Assembly: GCA_037968975.1 (NCBI GenBank)
Contig: JBBKWL010000018.1
Coordinates: forward strand, 13,303-77,302
DNA length: 64,000 nt
DNA from: Woeseiaceae bacterium
GTDB taxonomy: Bacteria; Pseudomonadota; Gammaproteobacteria; Steroidobacterales; Woeseiaceae
Direction: 5' to 3'
The position numbers and the translations under genes are program-made. Positions 30,182 through 38,766 of this stretch are shown piece after piece (positions within the stretch are counted from its first letter, which is position 1; every line of letters starts with the position of its first letter). The notes under the pieces are model-generated. The model was not told where the DNA came from, did not search any database, and saw only the letters and a list, made by a program, of their open reading frames with translations.

Positions 30182-30763
30182 CTATAAAGTAGCGCAGGGT
30201 TTGTGTCGGAAGCAACTGGTGACATGGTCGTTGACCAGGCCGGTCGCCTGCATGTGCGCATACATGATGGTGCTGCCAACGAATTTGAAGCCACGTTTCT
30301 TGAGGTCATTGCTGAGCGCATCCGACTCTGCTGATGTGGCCGGAATATCACTGTCTTTCTTGAAGCGGTTTTGAATCGGCTTGCCGTCGACAAAACCCCA
30401 TATGTACTTGCTGAAGCTGCCAAACTCCTGTTGCACTGCGATGAACGCCTTGGCGTTGCTCACGGCAGACTCCACCTTCAGGCGATTACGAACGACCGCC
30501 GGGTCCAGCAGGATCTTTGCGATGCGCTTTGGCGTGAAACGAGCCACTTTCTCCACATCGAAGTCGGCGAAAAGTTTTCGATAACCCTCGCGCTTGTTCA
30601 GTATTGTCGACCAGCTTAGTCCGGCCTGTGCGCCTTCAAGAATCAGAAATTCAAACTGCACACGGTCGTCGAAAACCGGCACGCCCCATTCGGTGTCGTG
30701 ATACTCGATGTACTTCAGGCTGGTGTCTTGCGCCCATTGACAGCGCTTAGTCTTTTTAGTCAT
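30182..30763 (-). CDS. tag: DNA-3-methyladenine glycosylase I
   Basis: MTKKTKRCQWA....YHDTEWGVP..DD...FE.L.LEG.QAGLSW; C-terminal H..ATG..NDH...C zinc-site residues. Confidence 0.9.
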   Translation of the reverse strand: MTKKTKRCQWAQDTSLKYIEYHDTEWGVPVFDDRVQFEFLILEGAQAGLSWSTILNKREGYRKLFADFDVEKVARFTPKRIAKILLDPAVVRNRLKVESAVSNAKAFIAVQQEFGSFSKYIWGFVDGKPIQNRFKKDSDIPATSAESDALSNDLKKRGFKFVGSTIMYAHMQATGLVNDHVTSCFRHKPCATL

Positions 30764-30832
30764 AGCACTAAATCTAGCAGCTGCCGCCGGTTTCTGCTCA
30801 CGCAATAATTCGCCACAACACCACCTTTCCCC

Positions 30833-30898
30833 AAAACCAGGGACAGTTTACTCAAACACCATTTTAAATTGGTGTTTGAGTAAACTGTCCCTGGTTTT
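30833..30898. repeat. Palindromic repeat element, copy B: perfect 28-bp inverted arms around a 10-nt loop
   Basis: Left arm 30833-30860 is aaaaccagggacagtttactcaaacacc. Right arm 30871-30898 is its exact reverse complement. Same 24-nt core as 760-856. Confidence 0.9.
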
Positions 30899-30904
30899 TT
30901 TGGG

Positions 30905-30934
30905 CACAAAAAAGCCCGCGCGGTGCGCGGGCTT
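30905..30934 (-). terminator. Rho-independent terminator after the Cys-repeat peptide gene
   Basis: On the minus strand: aagcccgcgc-acc-gcgcgggctt followed by ttttgtgccc. Confidence 0.75.
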
Positions 30935-30963
30935 GGTCTTGCTTACTACTGGTTGCGTCAGTC

Positions 30964-31374
30964 TTACTTCTTGTCGCCGCCACAAGAACCTTCAGCTTCT
31001 TTCTCGCCACCACAAGAACCTTCAGCATCTTTCTCACCGCCACAAGATCCTTCAGCATCTTTCTCGCCGCCGCAAGAACCTTCAGCGTCCTTGTCGCCGC
31101 CACAGGAACCTTCAGCGCCTTTATCTTTGCCTTCGCCTTCCTTGTCGCCGCCGCAGCTACCTTCGCCGCATGAGCCTTCTGTTTCTTGCTTGCCTTCTTT
31201 GTCGCCACCACAAGCGCCTTCTTCGCCCAGCAGGAAGCCGGAACTCAGGGAGGTCATTGCGAATGGGCTTTGTACAACTTCGGCAGTTGCGATGCTTGAA
31301 CCAAGCGCAAACGATCCAGCTAATGCTGCGCCAACAGCCAACGCAATAGGTTTAATCACTTTCTTATCCGACAT
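30964..31374 (-). CDS. Signal-peptide EG(S/A)CGG-repeat cysteine-rich peptide (HvfA-like RiPP precursor / metallophore-type low-complexity protein)
   Basis: 136 aa. Sec leader MSDKKVIKPIALAVGAALAGSFALGSSIATA, conserved-looking SPFAMTSLSSGFLLG, then 8 Cys, all in EGxCG(G/E) units (5 consecutive EGSCGG(D/E)K(D/E)A decapeptides). AGGAG RBS. The + strand ORFs 30876-31349 and 30923-31396 are shadows. Confidence 0.75.
   Translation of the reverse strand: MSDKKVIKPIALAVGAALAGSFALGSSIATAEVVQSPFAMTSLSSGFLLGEEGACGGDKEGKQETEGSCGEGSCGGDKEGEGKDKGAEGSCGGDKDAEGSCGGEKDAEGSCGGEKDAEGSCGGEKEAEGSCGGDKK
30971..31120. repeat. Five tandem 30-bp units (coding decapeptide repeats)
   Basis: Units start at 30971, 31001, 31031, 31061 and 31091, e.g. 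ttctcgccaccacaagaaccttcagcatct. They differ at only a few positions. More degenerate copies continue to about 31215. Confidence 0.9.
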
Positions 31375-31410
31375 CTTCTTTCTCCTACAGGGTTAATGGG
31401 TATGGTGGGA

Positions 31411-32124
31411 TTAGGTCTCCCACGTCACCGATTGCAAAATTTGCTTTTGTACATCTTCCAGCTCTTCTTCCCGAGAACCAATGATGGCAATACTGCCGTC
31501 GCCTACAGGCAATATGACACCGTGAGAATTCTCATCGTTCAATGTAATTGCCTCGGAAATCTTTTCGTTCGGCAACAACATAATCGTAATTGGACCGTGC
31601 TGACCCTGGATAACCAGGTGCGGTACTTCGTAGCCGCTGATCGGACAGGTCTCTGCAAAGGTAATCAGCCCGACGTTGTGATCCATGTTCGCAATATTCT
31701 GCGGCACGACTTCGTGCAGATGGTCGGCCGGTACTGTCTTGTCAGTTATCTGTAAAGCTTTCGGCTCGTGCGTCACATGCGCCAACACTTCCTGGGCCAG
31801 TGAATCGTAGTTGCTGCTGGTGTCGGCACTAAAACGAAAACCGATGAACACCGCCAGCGCGACGGTCGCGGCCACCGCAAACCAGCTTTTTACAGCAACC
31901 CGGCGGCGCGGCTCAAGTGCTACGACATTGCCGGTATCGATTGCGTCCAGCGATGGCATGACGAGTTCCGGAACGTCAAGCGCGAGCGCCCGACCGATCT
32001 TCAGATCCAGCGCCAGCATCTCGCGACGATACTCCTGGCACGACGCGCACTCACTGACGTGTCCTGCTCCGCCATCGAAGCTGGGGTCTGCGCCTAGTGC
32101 CTGTTTGTAGTCGTCGCAATTCAT
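31411..32124 (-). CDS. Anti-sigma factor: N-terminal zf-HC2, one TM helix, periplasmic DUF3379-like domain
   Basis: MNCDDYKQALGADPSFDGGAGHVSECASCQEYRREM (H-x3-C-x2-C), TM WFAVAATVALAVFIGF. The ATG overlaps the sigma stop by 4 nt. Confidence 0.75.
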   Translation of the reverse strand: MNCDDYKQALGADPSFDGGAGHVSECASCQEYRREMLALDLKIGRALALDVPELVMPSLDAIDTGNVVALEPRRRVAVKSWFAVAATVALAVFIGFRFSADTSSNYDSLAQEVLAHVTHEPKALQITDKTVPADHLHEVVPQNIANMDHNVGLITFAETCPISGYEVPHLVIQGQHGPITIMLLPNEKISEAITLNDENSHGVILPVGDGSIAIIGSREEELEDVQKQILQSVTWET

Positions 32125-32636
32125 AGTGTTGCCTGCTGTTCCATTACGTCCCTGAGCTTTGCCCTTGCTCTGTGTAACCGCGTTAATACCGCGCCTTGTT
32201 TCAAATTCATTTGTTCTGCGATCTCGTTGGTGCTGAATCCCATCATGACCTGTAGTACCAGCGGTTCGCGATAATCATCTTCCAGTGCATAAATAGCCGC
32301 ACGCATATCACCAAGATCATCATCCGGCTGTTCGGCCAGCAAAGCAGCTTGTGAGGCGGTCAGATTGTCGATATCGACTGTCTCGAGCCTTTTTCGCTCG
32401 AAGTACCTGGCGTTTTCCCGACGTACGATCGTCAACAGCCAGGGTTTGGCCGCCGAGTCATCGCGTAGTGCCTCCAGCGATTTCCACGCCCTCAGCATCG
32501 ACTCTTGTACTACGTCTTCAGCGATCGCTTTGTCCCTGCATAACCAGGCGGCATAGCGATACATATCCTGATGGAATACAGCCACTATCTGATCAAATCT
32601 CTTGCGCCGAACAATGTCGGCATTGTTGCTTTGCAT
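32121..32636 (-). CDS. ECF-type RNA polymerase sigma-70 factor
   Basis: 171 aa. Region 2 YRYAAWLCRDKAIAEDVVQESMLRAWKS; region 4 YREPLVLQVMMGFSTNEIAEQMNLKQGAVLTRLHRARAKLR. Confidence 0.88.
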   Translation of the reverse strand: MQSNNADIVRRKRFDQIVAVFHQDMYRYAAWLCRDKAIAEDVVQESMLRAWKSLEALRDDSAAKPWLLTIVRRENARYFERKRLETVDIDNLTASQAALLAEQPDDDLGDMRAAIYALEDDYREPLVLQVMMGFSTNEIAEQMNLKQGAVLTRLHRARAKLRDVMEQQATL

Positions 32637-32744
32637 ACGAGAAGACCCGCCTGTTCTTGGTTTTATTACGGAATGCAGCGAAAACTGTGATTCAGGCGTG
32701 GAATCCCACCCTAAATACAGGGAAAATCACAGCTTATAAGGTAA

Positions 32745-33764
<1,020 letters not shown>

Positions 33765-33779
33765 GGTTATACTGGCGGC

Positions 33780-34619
33780 GTGGAAGCAGAGACCGTGACA
33801 ATCGATCGGTACGGCGTCATGGGTTATCCCGTGTCGCATAGTCGTTCGCCGGTGATTCACCGCCTGTTCGCCCTGCAGACTGGACAGCAGCTGCAGTACG
33901 AATTGTTGCAGGTCACACCGGAGAAGCTCGAAAGAGCGACCCGGCAGTTCCACCACACCGGCGGCAAAGGTCTGAATGTGACGGCTCCGCATAAACAGAC
34001 TGTAGCCAAACTATGCGATCACGTATCGGAGCGCGCCCGCCTCGCCGGCGCGGTGAATACGCTGTCGTTCGTCAACGAGGAAATCCACGGTGACAATACC
34101 GACGGAATCGGCCTGCTACGCGATCTCGTCGTCAACCTTGGCGTCAATCTTGACGGTGCGAGCATTTTGATCCTTGGTGCCGGAGGCGCGACTCGCGGCA
34201 TCGTTGGCCCGTTGCTCGAAATGGAGCCGTCAACCTTGCGCATTGCCAATCGAACCCTGGATCGGGCGCAAGCGATCGCTAATGAGTTCAGCCATCTGGG
34301 TGAGGTGTCGGTCTGTCGCTTCGATTCTGTTCCTGCCACCGAGCAATATGACCTGATCATCAATGCGACGTCTGCTGGCGTGAAGGGCGAAGCGCCGCCG
34401 TACCCGGTCAGCGCAGTCAGCGAAAATACGTTTTGCTATGACCTTTCCTACGGGTTGCATCCCACACCGTTCAGTGTGTGGGCACGGCAACACAACGCTG
34501 CAAAATCGGTGATGGGCTGGGGGATGCTGGTCGAACAGGCCGCTGAGTCATTCAGTATCTGGCGTGGGGTCATGCCGGATACGGCACCTGTCTTGAAGCA
34601 AATAGTGATCAATGCCTAG
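33780..34619 (+). CDS. aroE: Shikimate dehydrogenase
   Basis: DRYGVMGYPVSHSRSPVIH, NVTAPHK, ILGAGGATRG. The start is GTG 33780 or GTG 33795. Confidence 0.92.
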   Translation: MEAETVTIDRYGVMGYPVSHSRSPVIHRLFALQTGQQLQYELLQVTPEKLERATRQFHHTGGKGLNVTAPHKQTVAKLCDHVSERARLAGAVNTLSFVNEEIHGDNTDGIGLLRDLVVNLGVNLDGASILILGAGGATRGIVGPLLEMEPSTLRIANRTLDRAQAIANEFSHLGEVSVCRFDSVPATEQYDLIINATSAGVKGEAPPYPVSAVSENTFCYDLSYGLHPTPFSVWARQHNAAKSVMGWGMLVEQAAESFSIWRGVMPDTAPVLKQIVINA

Positions 34620-34648
34620 GCTATTCTGCTTTTAGGAGCGTTGGTCCG

Positions 34649-35221
34649 ATGAAAAGAGCAGGCAGAAGCGGCGTCATAAAGATCATGTCGGTCGCCACAA
34701 CACTGACCTTTTGTCTGTCAGCAGCATTTGCCAATCCAGGCGATGAGGCCAACGGCTTTCGAGGCTGGGTCCTGACGTACTGCGACGGCAACCAGCCTAT
34801 CGAGCCAGCAATTGTCGACTACGCTTCCTGCAGCACAGAAGATGCCTTTTACCAGGTCGCCGCGCCTGGTGTTCGGTACAAGAGCTTGCGCCAGGGAACG
34901 GGCCGGGCTGCCAGGGACGGTGATGTAGTTGTTGTGGAGTACCTTGGTTGGGTTTACGACAAGGAGTCCGCTTACGCAAGAGGTGCGATCGTCGCTACCT
35001 CGTATACTTTCGAAAATCAGTCTTTCGAGTTTACTCTTGGTGACGAAAAAGTCATTTCAGGGTGGGAGCACGGCATCCGCGGTATGCAGCGTGGTGAAGT
35101 TCGTGAGCTCATTATTGCTCCGGACATGGCGTATGGTGATCGCGAATTGGGAGATCGAATTCCGCCTGGTTCGACCCTGGTATTCGAGATTGAGTTGTTG
35201 GGATTTAAACTCGTCGAGTAA
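34649..35221 (+). CDS. FKBP-type peptidyl-prolyl cis-trans isomerase (exported)
   Basis: Signal-like N-terminus. FKBP core GDVVVVEYLGW...FEFTLGDEKVISGWEHGIRGMQRGEVRELIIAPDMAYG...IPPGSTLVFEIELL. Confidence 0.88.
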   Translation: MKRAGRSGVIKIMSVATTLTFCLSAAFANPGDEANGFRGWVLTYCDGNQPIEPAIVDYASCSTEDAFYQVAAPGVRYKSLRQGTGRAARDGDVVVVEYLGWVYDKESAYARGAIVATSYTFENQSFEFTLGDEKVISGWEHGIRGMQRGEVRELIIAPDMAYGDRELGDRIPPGSTLVFEIELLGFKLVE

Positions 35222-35262
35222 GTATCGAGGTCAAAGCAGTTGCACCAACTAACTTTGTAAAT

Positions 35263-35700
35263 ATGAACATTGAATTGCTTGCCGACCATTCCCAATCGAT
35301 TCCGATGCTGGCGGATTGGTACCTATCGGAGTGGGAACCGTATTACGGAGTCAACGGGCCAGGCAATGCACAAGCTGATCTGGAGTCGCGCTGCAATCGT
35401 GACGAGATTCCCATTGGTTTCGTAGCCGCCGAAGGCGGGGAGATATTTGGAACAGCGGCGCTGGACCTTGATGCGGCGACCTGCTTGTTCGAATGGGCTG
35501 GCGTGCAGTCGGAGAAACCGAGTTTCTCGACGGGGAGCAGGGATCAATTTATGTACGTGATCTGTGAACAGCCTGCAGCGAACTGCGGCTTCTGGCTGAT
35601 TGCAGAAGTTCGCAAGGATCGCGTTAAGATTTCTGCTTGTGACTCGAGGCGGTCGTTGCCAACAGACCCTCGCCAAAAGGGATGGTGCGCAGTTGTAAGC
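35263..35700 (+). pseudogene. Degraded GNAT-family N-acetyltransferase remnant (multiple frameshifts)
   Basis: The first ~70 aa (MNIELLADHSQSIPMLADWYLSEWEPYYG...RDEIPIGFVAAEGGEIFGTAAL) look like a known gammaproteobacterial GNAT type. The expected R-G-x-G-I motif appears only in another frame (RRGAGINL, 35531-35551, stop at 35558). LRFLLVT and QKGW pieces appear in different frames again. The 295-aa ORF in the track reads on into the antisense of the next gene. Confidence 0.5.
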
Positions 35701-35796
35701 AGGTCGACATTGGATTCAATCTCCGGGCTGGAAAAGAAACGGTGCAGACTTCGCTTGGAAGCCGGCTCCGGTTTATTGATCTGCAATCGAGAAGGA

Positions 35797-36732
35797 CTAG
35801 AAGCTCGGCCCGTCAGTATCAGCGGCCTCGAATGTCACGAGGCGATCACCGGATACTGGGTCGAGGAAGAAGATCGTCGGGTCAAGCCCGTCATCACCGT
35901 CTGTATCATTGCTTCCCTGACAGGTCGCCGCGATCGTGTACGTGCCAGGCATAAGCGCTGCTCGATATTCGTAATCGCCGTCATTGTCCACGTCTTTCGC
36001 TTCCACGGTCGTGTAGACGTCATCGACAACGCCGATTTCTCCGGTATCAACGTCACCCTCGAACACATAGATCACATTGCCTATAGCGTAGTTCATGGCA
36101 GTGGCACTATCGGCGTTACAGTCGTTTTCGGCTTTCATTACCGTCGCTGAGGAAATTTCCCCGACGACGGAACCGAATTCCTCGACATCCAGCACTCGAA
36201 TAACCGGCTTCAGTATATAGAGATTCCGACCGACAGCTTCGGTCAGACCCTTACGCACATCCCAGTCGAAAAGCAGACGCACGGAGTCGTTGGGTTCGAC
36301 GTCAAAGTGATTTATCAGGCGGACTCGGTCGCTTGGCACATCGATATCCACCACTACCATCGAGCCGTCGTCGGTCATGGCATGGGCCGCGGACGAGGTA
36401 GAGTCATCGACCTTCATTTCGAGCCAATTGTAAGTCCCTGCAGGAATATTCGCCCGCTCGACAAAAATCGCAGGGTTGTCGACAGTAAGCTCGAGCAGAT
36501 TCACAGTAACCGGCGTATCGATCATGTCGAGTTGGAATGCCGGCCCATTGCCCTGAGGTTTGATCCAGAATTCCGTCACGGTGATATTCAATGCCACTAC
36601 GCCATCAACAGGGCGATCCATCAGGGATACACTGATAGTCCCGTCGTTGGAGTCGCTTCCGCCAGAGCAGGCCCCTATAACGGAGGCGAGCGCTGCGATC
36701 GTCGTTACCCGGATTCCTTTTCGAGTATTCAT
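35797..36732 (-). CDS. DUF4382-like lipoprotein
   Basis: Start at MNTRKGIRVTTIAALASVIGAC (lipobox), then ISVSLMDRPVDG..ALNITVTEFWIKP......VNLLEL......IPAGTYNWLEMKV. The family name is from memory. Confidence 0.7.
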   Translation of the reverse strand: MNTRKGIRVTTIAALASVIGACSGGSDSNDGTISVSLMDRPVDGVVALNITVTEFWIKPQGNGPAFQLDMIDTPVTVNLLELTVDNPAIFVERANIPAGTYNWLEMKVDDSTSSAAHAMTDDGSMVVVDIDVPSDRVRLINHFDVEPNDSVRLLFDWDVRKGLTEAVGRNLYILKPVIRVLDVEEFGSVVGEISSATVMKAENDCNADSATAMNYAIGNVIYVFEGDVDTGEIGVVDDVYTTVEAKDVDNDGDYEYRAALMPGTYTIAATCQGSNDTDGDDGLDPTIFFLDPVSGDRLVTFEAADTDGPSF

Positions 36733-36955
36733 GATTTCGATACCTTGAGCTAGATTTGTCTCGCGTAGCATGTTGAATCGACCGAGCCACTACTGTGAAC
36801 TCGGTCACAGTTTGGATCTGATCGAGCATTTCAACATCGGATAGTCGAATAGGCAAAATGCTTCAACATTGAACTCAGTAAACGATGCCTCCTATTGGCC
36901 GTTTTAGAAGGTTGCTTGGATCTTTATTCTTATTGGTGTCGCTTATGATTGGTTT

Positions 36956-37132
36956 ATGCGCCGGTCTGTTCATGCGGTGTACTGGATCGGTCTTGTTGCC
37001 ATGTTTGTCGTCGAGGTCTCGCTGTTACCGCAGGTCAGCGAGACCAACGTCGCCTGGGTCAATCAGTGGCTCGCAGCCATTGGGGAGCAGCTCGGCTTTC
37101 TATATAGTCCCGAGCCTACCGTAGAGTTTTAA
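36956..37132 (+). CDS. Possible 58-aa membrane peptide or C-terminal fragment of a disrupted gene
   Basis: Hand translation (too short for the track): MRRSVHAVYWIGLVAMFVVEVSLLPQVSETNVAWVNQWLAAIGEQLGFLYSPEPTVEF. This frame is open from 36908 (KVAWIFILIGVAYDWF...) and reads more protein-like than the overlapping track ORF 36885-37124. Confidence 0.25.
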   Translation: MRRSVHAVYWIGLVAMFVVEVSLLPQVSETNVAWVNQWLAAIGEQLGFLYSPEPTVEF

Positions 37133-37261
37133 CTACCTTGCGGTTTAGTTCGGAGCTGCAATTGACTGGCTGGTCGTGGACGAAAGGAGACGGTCGAGTG
37201 TTAAACTGCCAGCAGGCCGCGGTGAATATCACACAAGCAAGCGCACGAATGGAGAGGCTCC

Positions 37262-37486
37262 ATGTACAAGATTAGCTTGCCCAAGGCACTCCTGGTGTTT
37301 GGGATCGTCGGACTTGTTGCCGGGGTGTTTGCTGCAGTATTAAAGCAAAGCCTGAGCATCGATCCAGCATCGACATTCGACAAAGTAGTGGGCCCGGCGA
37401 CGTTCGTGGCAATCGCTTTGCCAGTCCTGATTTGGGTGCAGCGTCGCGTGAGCGCAGGGCACTTCGTTTGGCTTCGGAAAAAGTAG
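37262..37486 (+). CDS. Small two-TM membrane protein (hypothetical)
   Basis: 74 aa. GGAGAGG RBS just upstream. Two hydrophobic helices. No family recognised. Confidence 0.45.
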   Translation: MYKISLPKALLVFGIVGLVAGVFAAVLKQSLSIDPASTFDKVVGPATFVAIALPVLIWVQRRVSAGHFVWLRKK

Positions 37487-37507
37487 GCTTCATAGCAGCG
37501 CAAACGA

Positions 37508-37855
37508 ATGGTCGCACTATTCCTGATATTAATAGTCATTGCCGGAATTTTGATTCTTCCGGGATGGTATTGGTCGAATAAAGCTCAGCCCCGGAATCTC
37601 TGGATATGCCTTTTGCCAGCGGCAGGCCTGGCGTTCTGGTTGCTGCTAATGTGGCTTGGTTTCGGAGCGCAGAGCCTGGCTAACCTGGTCGAGGCACCGA
37701 TCATCGCGGGCGTTGCAGTGTGTGCGGCGTATTTGCGGTTGTTTGTCTTTGTTAAGAGCCCGACACTCAATCCCTACGGGACTTTTATCGCTGTTGCCGC
37801 AGTAATTTTGGTAACCATTGCTATAAGAGCCTTTATGCCGGTACTACCCGAGTAG
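37508..37855 (+). CDS. Four-TM membrane protein (hypothetical)
   Basis: 115 aa with a clear hydrophobic periodicity. No family recognised. Confidence 0.5.
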   Translation: MVALFLILIVIAGILILPGWYWSNKAQPRNLWICLLPAAGLAFWLLLMWLGFGAQSLANLVEAPIIAGVAVCAAYLRLFVFVKSPTLNPYGTFIAVAAVILVTIAIRAFMPVLPE

Positions 37856-37946
37856 CAAAAGGAAAGTAAGGCGAGGACAGCTAGTGTTGACGTATAGCTT
37901 GCAGACTCAATCATCGTTCCCACCTACTTGGAGTTGATAACAGTCG

Positions 37947-38285
37947 ATGACAGAGGTAATTGAAATTGCTGCGGCGTTCGCTCGAGCGCTGTTTTCTGGA
38001 GATGCAAAAAGCGCACATGCATTGTTGTCTGATGACTTGCGCGGTGAGGTCGAAGCAGTAGATCTTGCTTCACAATTCGCGTTGTTGTCGGAAGACATGG
38101 GTGGCGTCACGGGAACCGGCCAGCCAATGGTGATTCTGGAGGAATGGCCGGACATGTCGGCAGAAGATCGGGCGATGGTCTATGTGCCACTGGAAGGTGA
38201 CGACTTCTCCGAAGCGATCACTGTAAGAGTTTCTGTCATCAACGATGTGGTACGGATCTCGAACATCGAGTGGGGACGACCTTGA
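37947..38285 (+). CDS. Small acidic cytoplasmic protein (hypothetical)
   Basis: 112 aa with no TM helix or signal peptide. MTEVIEIAAAFARALFSGDAKSAHALLSDDLR... No family recognised. Confidence 0.5.
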   Translation: MTEVIEIAAAFARALFSGDAKSAHALLSDDLRGEVEAVDLASQFALLSEDMGGVTGTGQPMVILEEWPDMSAEDRAMVYVPLEGDDFSEAITVRVSVINDVVRISNIEWGRP

Positions 38286-38292
38286 CCGGCTG

Positions 38293-38766
38293 CTACTGAC
38301 CCGATAACGATATCGAGCCGCTTTCCGCTATTCGAATTTTCCGTTTGTATGCGCCGGGGTCGAGTTTGGCTGTGAAGGAAAAGTCGAAGTTATCGCTGTC
38401 CTTGGCCATCAAGGAGCGCAGTAGCCGGATTCCGGCAATGACGTTGACGCCTGCGGTAACCGTAAAAGTCCCTTCGCCGTAGCCTTCTATAGTGGGAAGC
38501 TCGTTGCCAACGCCTTTTATGACATCTTTGCCGTCCAGGCCAATTGCATACGAAATGCCAGCAATTTCAAGCGGTTCGAGGTTCGGGTTGATCACGTGCA
38601 GGCGGATCTCAAACGTCGGCAATCCGCCGCCGGTCTCGGACGGGATTGGACGAAACGACTGTAAGCTCACCGTTGGTGCCTCGTATCCCGAGCCCATGCC
38701 GGTGCAGCCAGTTAGCATCGCAGCGGTCATGAAAAGTATTGCCAGTGTTGTTGTGGAGCGGATCAT
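38293..38766 (-). CDS. LEA type-2 (LEA14/NDR1-HIN1-like) family lipoprotein
   Basis: Lipobox [16 protein letters not shown]......[32 protein letters not shown] is typical of bacterial LEA_2 lipoproteins. Confidence 0.75.
   Translation of the reverse strand: MIRSTTTLAILFMTAAMLTGCTGMGSGYEAPTVSLQSFRPIPSETGGGLPTFEIRLHVINPNLEPLEIAGISYAIGLDGKDVIKGVGNELPTIEGYGEGTFTVTAGVNVIAGIRLLRSLMAKDSDNFDFSFTAKLDPGAYKRKIRIAESGSISLSGQ

Noticed and set aside
29698-30423. 241-aa version of the membrane protein
   Set aside because: The N-terminal 96 aa are Arg/Ser-rich junk overlapping tag on the same strand in another frame. The internal ATG at 30135 gives a clean four-TM protein.
30971-31120. A regular 30-bp periodicity that could suggest a CRISPR array
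   Set aside because: The units are contiguous with no spacers, lie in frame inside an ORF, and lack a CRISPR-repeat-like palindrome. This is a coding tandem repeat.
30876-31396. Two + strand ORFs with PPQEPSASFS repeats
   Set aside because: They are the reverse-strand reading of the 30-bp tandem repeats. The minus-strand product has a signal peptide, an RBS, a terminator and a known repeat class, so I take it as the real gene.
32680-32735. 8-bp inverted repeat ctgtgatt / aatcacag in the hemB / ECF-sigma divergent intergenic region, and an ECF-like GAATC-N18-CGTAA on the minus strand
   Set aside because: The arms are short and the spacing is off-consensus. Without orthologue comparison this cannot be told apart from chance, so I did not report it as a feature.
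35263-36150. Intact 295-aa CDS as listed in the ORF track
   Set aside because: Only the first ~70 aa look like a real (GNAT) protein. The rest is non-protein-like and runs antisense into the DUF4382-like gene. I treat it as a frameshifted remnant ending near 35700.
36335-36352. TGGCAC-containing strings (also near 43268 and 55881) checked as sigma-54 promoters, given the NtrX-like regulator
   Set aside because: All lie inside coding regions and lack the TTGC element at the correct 5-nt spacing.
36885-37124. 79-aa track ORF (MPPIGRFRRLLGSLF...)
   Set aside because: It has Ser/Arg/Cys-rich composition after the first 25 aa. The overlapping frame (36908-37132) reads as a plausible membrane/soluble sequence. 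Neither is secure, so I reported only the alternative, at low confidence.
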